DNA of 64,000 nt, from positions 310,001 through 374,000 of the forward strand of contig JAQOWU010000008.1 of assembly GCA_030867685.1 (NCBI GenBank), read 5' to 3'. Each line of letters starts with the position of its first letter. Position 1 is the first letter of the stretch. The notes under the pieces are model-generated. The model was not told the origin of the DNA. It saw only the letters and a list, made by a program, of their open reading frames with translations, and searched no databases. The position numbers were made by a program, and so were the translations under genes. Shown in pieces: positions 61,712-64,000 of this stretch. The DNA is from Wickerhamiella versatilis. Lineage: Eukaryota.

Positions 61712-63016
61712 TTACTGCCAATCCACAGTAGGTTCAACGACAAAATAATTTTCAAAAAATTTCTTGAAAAGCTCGATGGAATAGGATATATCTGATGTTC
61801 CAGCCATTTCACGAATAGAGTGCATACTCAGAATAGGATTTCCGACATCAAGACAGCGGACTCCGAGTCGTGACGCTATAATTGGACCGATTGTAGATCC
61901 GCATGGCGAGTCATTACGGACTACCACTTTCTGTAATGGAATATCTTGAGCTATATTCTGCAGAAATACAACTCCTGGAGCGGTGGTAGCATAACGTTGA
62001 TTCGCATTCACTTTTATGACAGGTCCATCATTGATCCTAGGTTTATGATTTCCCTCATGTTTAGCTGCATAGTTAGGATGAACGGCGTGAGAGACATCAG
62101 AGGATAGGAGGAATGACTTTGCCAGAGACTCATAAAAGTTTCCTGGTGCTAGTCGAGAAATTACAGCCTCCAAAAAGTTAGAAGCTGCGCCATGAGATGA
62201 AGCACTGCCAACCTCTTCGTGGTCGAACAGCGATACTATAGACCCAGATGTATCATCCGAATTCATTTGAGCCCCTACTAACGCCTCCACAGCACAGAAA
62301 CTTGAGTTAATATTGTCAAGTCGCCCCCCAAATACGAATTCATCATTGATACCTCCAATTTGGGCAGGCTGAGTATCATAAAGTACGAGCTCAAAGTCCT
62401 CAATAGATTCAGGCACTGTATTGAGTTCCGACGAGAGAAGTTTAAGAAGTTCTGGTGCATGATCCTCATCTGCTGTCATGTTTCCAAGCCCTAGTAATGG
62501 TTTTAGCTGGTCTTCTTTGTTGAATTCTAGTTTTGTCGATTGATCTCTTTGAAGATGTATGGCCAACGTTGGAATTCGCATCAATGGTTTCTCAATATGA
62601 ACCAATCTGGACTTGTGGCTATTTCCAGAGCGAACTATAACTTTTCCAGCTAAGCTTAAATCGCGATCAAACCATGTTGGCCAGAGACCACCCCCGTAAA
62701 TTTCAACACCGACTTGAAGGTAGCCGTTATTTCCGCAATTACTCTTAGGCTTCAATCTTAGTACAGGAGAGTCTGTATGTGCACCTAAGATACTGAATCC
62801 ATTCCCAGGGGTCCATTTAGGACCCAAGGCAAAAGCTATGATGCTTGAACCATTGCGCACGACATAATGTTTGGTACTTGGTTTTATTGCCCATTTGTCC
62901 CCCTCTTTGAGTTCCGTGAACCCATGCTTTTGTAAAATATCAACGACATTAGCAACTACATGGTAAGGTGAAGGTGAGGCATTAAGGAAGTCACGAAATT
63001 TCAGCACACTCTGCAT
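61712..63016 (-). CDS. APE4: Aspartyl aminopeptidase (M18)
   Basis: GAHTDSP, WFDRDL, RLDN, FDHEEVGS, HAVHPNY, CGSTIGP, SMHSIRE. Confidence 0.95.
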   Translation of the reverse strand: MQSVLKFRDFLNASPSPYHVVANVVDILQKHGFTELKEGDKWAIKPSTKHYVVRNGSSIIAFALGPKWTPGNGFSILGAHTDSPVLRLKPKSNCGNNGYLQVGVEIYGGGLWPTWFDRDLSLAGKVIVRSGNSHKSRLVHIEKPLMRIPTLAIHLQRDQSTKLEFNKEDQLKPLLGLGNMTADEDHAPELLKLLSSELNTVPESIEDFELVLYDTQPAQIGGINDEFVFGGRLDNINSSFCAVEALVGAQMNSDDTSGSIVSLFDHEEVGSASSHGAASNFLEAVISRLAPGNFYESLAKSFLLSSDVSHAVHPNYAAKHEGNHKPRINDGPVIKVNANQRYATTAPGVVFLQNIAQDIPLQKVVVRNDSPCGSTIGPIIASRLGVRCLDVGNPILSMHSIREMAGTSDISYSIELFKKFFENYFVVEPTVDWQ

Positions 63017-63510
63017 CTGCGATTACTCAATCAGCCTTTCATTCGACTGTTAACTTTTAATGTAAAATTAATCGCAAAAAATATAATTGAAATTTTCTAG
63101 TATTCAATATCTAGTCTTAAAGATGCATATTTGTAAAAACTCAGCCAGAACTGCATAAGCGATTTGGTTCAACTGATTTCAAGTGAGGTGTTGAAAGGCT
63201 CGCATTAGCGACTAGATGCAAGTAGTCTGATTGCTCATTCTTACTGTGACGAACCTAATAAAAAGATTTTTCAGATCATATGTTTATTTATCATGATCAA
63301 ATTAGAACGCCTCTGGTATAGTATTTATCATTAGGCTGTGACCCAACCGAGACAGAATTATGCTATATGCTTTACCTCAATTTCAAGCCAACCTATTTAC
63401 GTTAAATAGAGGATGATATGGCATTATACCTCAAAAATGACATTATCAGTGATCCTCACGCTCGTGTGACATGAACTTAGTTCCTGATCAAACTAACCGG
63501 AGTAGTAAGC

Positions 63511-64000
63511 ATGGCACTAATAAAAATATTTGTGAATGTTGTAACAGGGAATCAGGTTACAACATTCCAAGAACAATGTGCCGGTACTGGTGCAAATCGA
63601 GTGGTTCGTCCCTCACTGAGACAAGCTCGCTTTCTTCATCTGGTAAATCCAGAGGTCACCATTGCCAGTCTACATTCTGACCTCGAAAAACAGGCCAGTG
63701 TCACCAGTTCCCAGCTCATGGAAAAAAATTTTTGTCTAATACCAGGAGAATATTCAGTTGGTGATTGTGTCTCTAATGAATCAGAGGTATATCTGGTAAT
63801 TCCTACCAGTGCTCATCATAAAAGAGCTGAGAAACGTGTTCGAAGGAGGAAAAATCGGGTAACAGATGAAAATTCGGAAAACCAACCAGATTATGTTCCA
63901 GAAGAAAACTCCACAGAGGTATCTGAACCTCCTCTTAAGCGGGGCAAAAAAAACTCTTCTGCAACCACAACTCCTTTAAGTACTCCTAAAAAGGGAAATC
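63511..64000 (+). CDS. Partial ORF running off the window; Net1/Tof2/Dnt1-like N-terminal domain
   Basis: Open frame from ATG 63511 to the window end; RFLHLVNPEVTIASLHSDL...LMEKNFCLIPGEYSVGDCVSNESEVYLV resembles the Net1 N-terminal pattern; basic NLS-like runs follow. Confidence 0.55.
   Translation, partial: MALIKIFVNVVTGNQVTTFQEQCAGTGANRVVRPSLRQARFLHLVNPEVTIASLHSDLEKQASVTSSQLMEKNFCLIPGEYSVGDCVSNESEVYLVIPTSAHHKRAEKRVRRRKNRVTDENSENQPDYVPEENSTEVSEPPLKRGKKNSSATTTPLSTPKKGN

Noticed and set aside
1-64000. tRNA, rRNA, snRNA, transposons, CRISPR, bacterial-type operons or transferred bacterial genes
   Set aside because: No cloverleaf or box A/B pairs, LTRs, RT/transposase motifs or spaced repeats seen by eye; all recognised proteins look fungal. 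A covariance-model scan could still find small RNAs

Overview
Gene-dense, intron-poor nuclear DNA from a budding yeast (Saccharomycotina). CTG reads as Leu (the conserved ADO1 motif GNPLLD uses CTG-CTG), so it is not a CUG-Ser yeast. A complex I subunit, very short intergenic gaps and shortened proteins suggest a streamlined lineage such as Wickerhamiella/Trichomonascaceae (inference). About 41 protein-coding genes are supported, mostly housekeeping (YPS, ADO1, MDE1, RPS18, RPC17, CCT3, PEX30-like, ACS, FMN1, SFK1, GAL1, FMP40, POL2, CDC123, YIF1, CWC23, UFD1, LTO1, ATG3, RAD16, SRC1, NST1, CDC24, RGR1, SWD1, FTR1-FET3, MEF1, FYV7, SPC3, APE4, a partial Net1-like gene), plus one frameshifted cell-wall pseudogene. 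No tRNA, rRNA, transposon or CRISPR was recognised. The most notable items are: (1) a solo, strongly divergent but codon-optimised histone H3, with a divergent COMPASS subunit SWD1 about 15 kb away; (2) a hidden in-frame intron in SRC1/HEH1 whose two acceptors predict long and short isoforms; (3) 33-62 bp bidirectional promoters centred on a recurring bZIP-like T[T/G]A[G/C]T[C/A]A motif, plus telobox CCTAACCC elements; (4) a (GGMP)x7 tail on CCT3. All gene calls rest on remembered family motifs, not on database searches.
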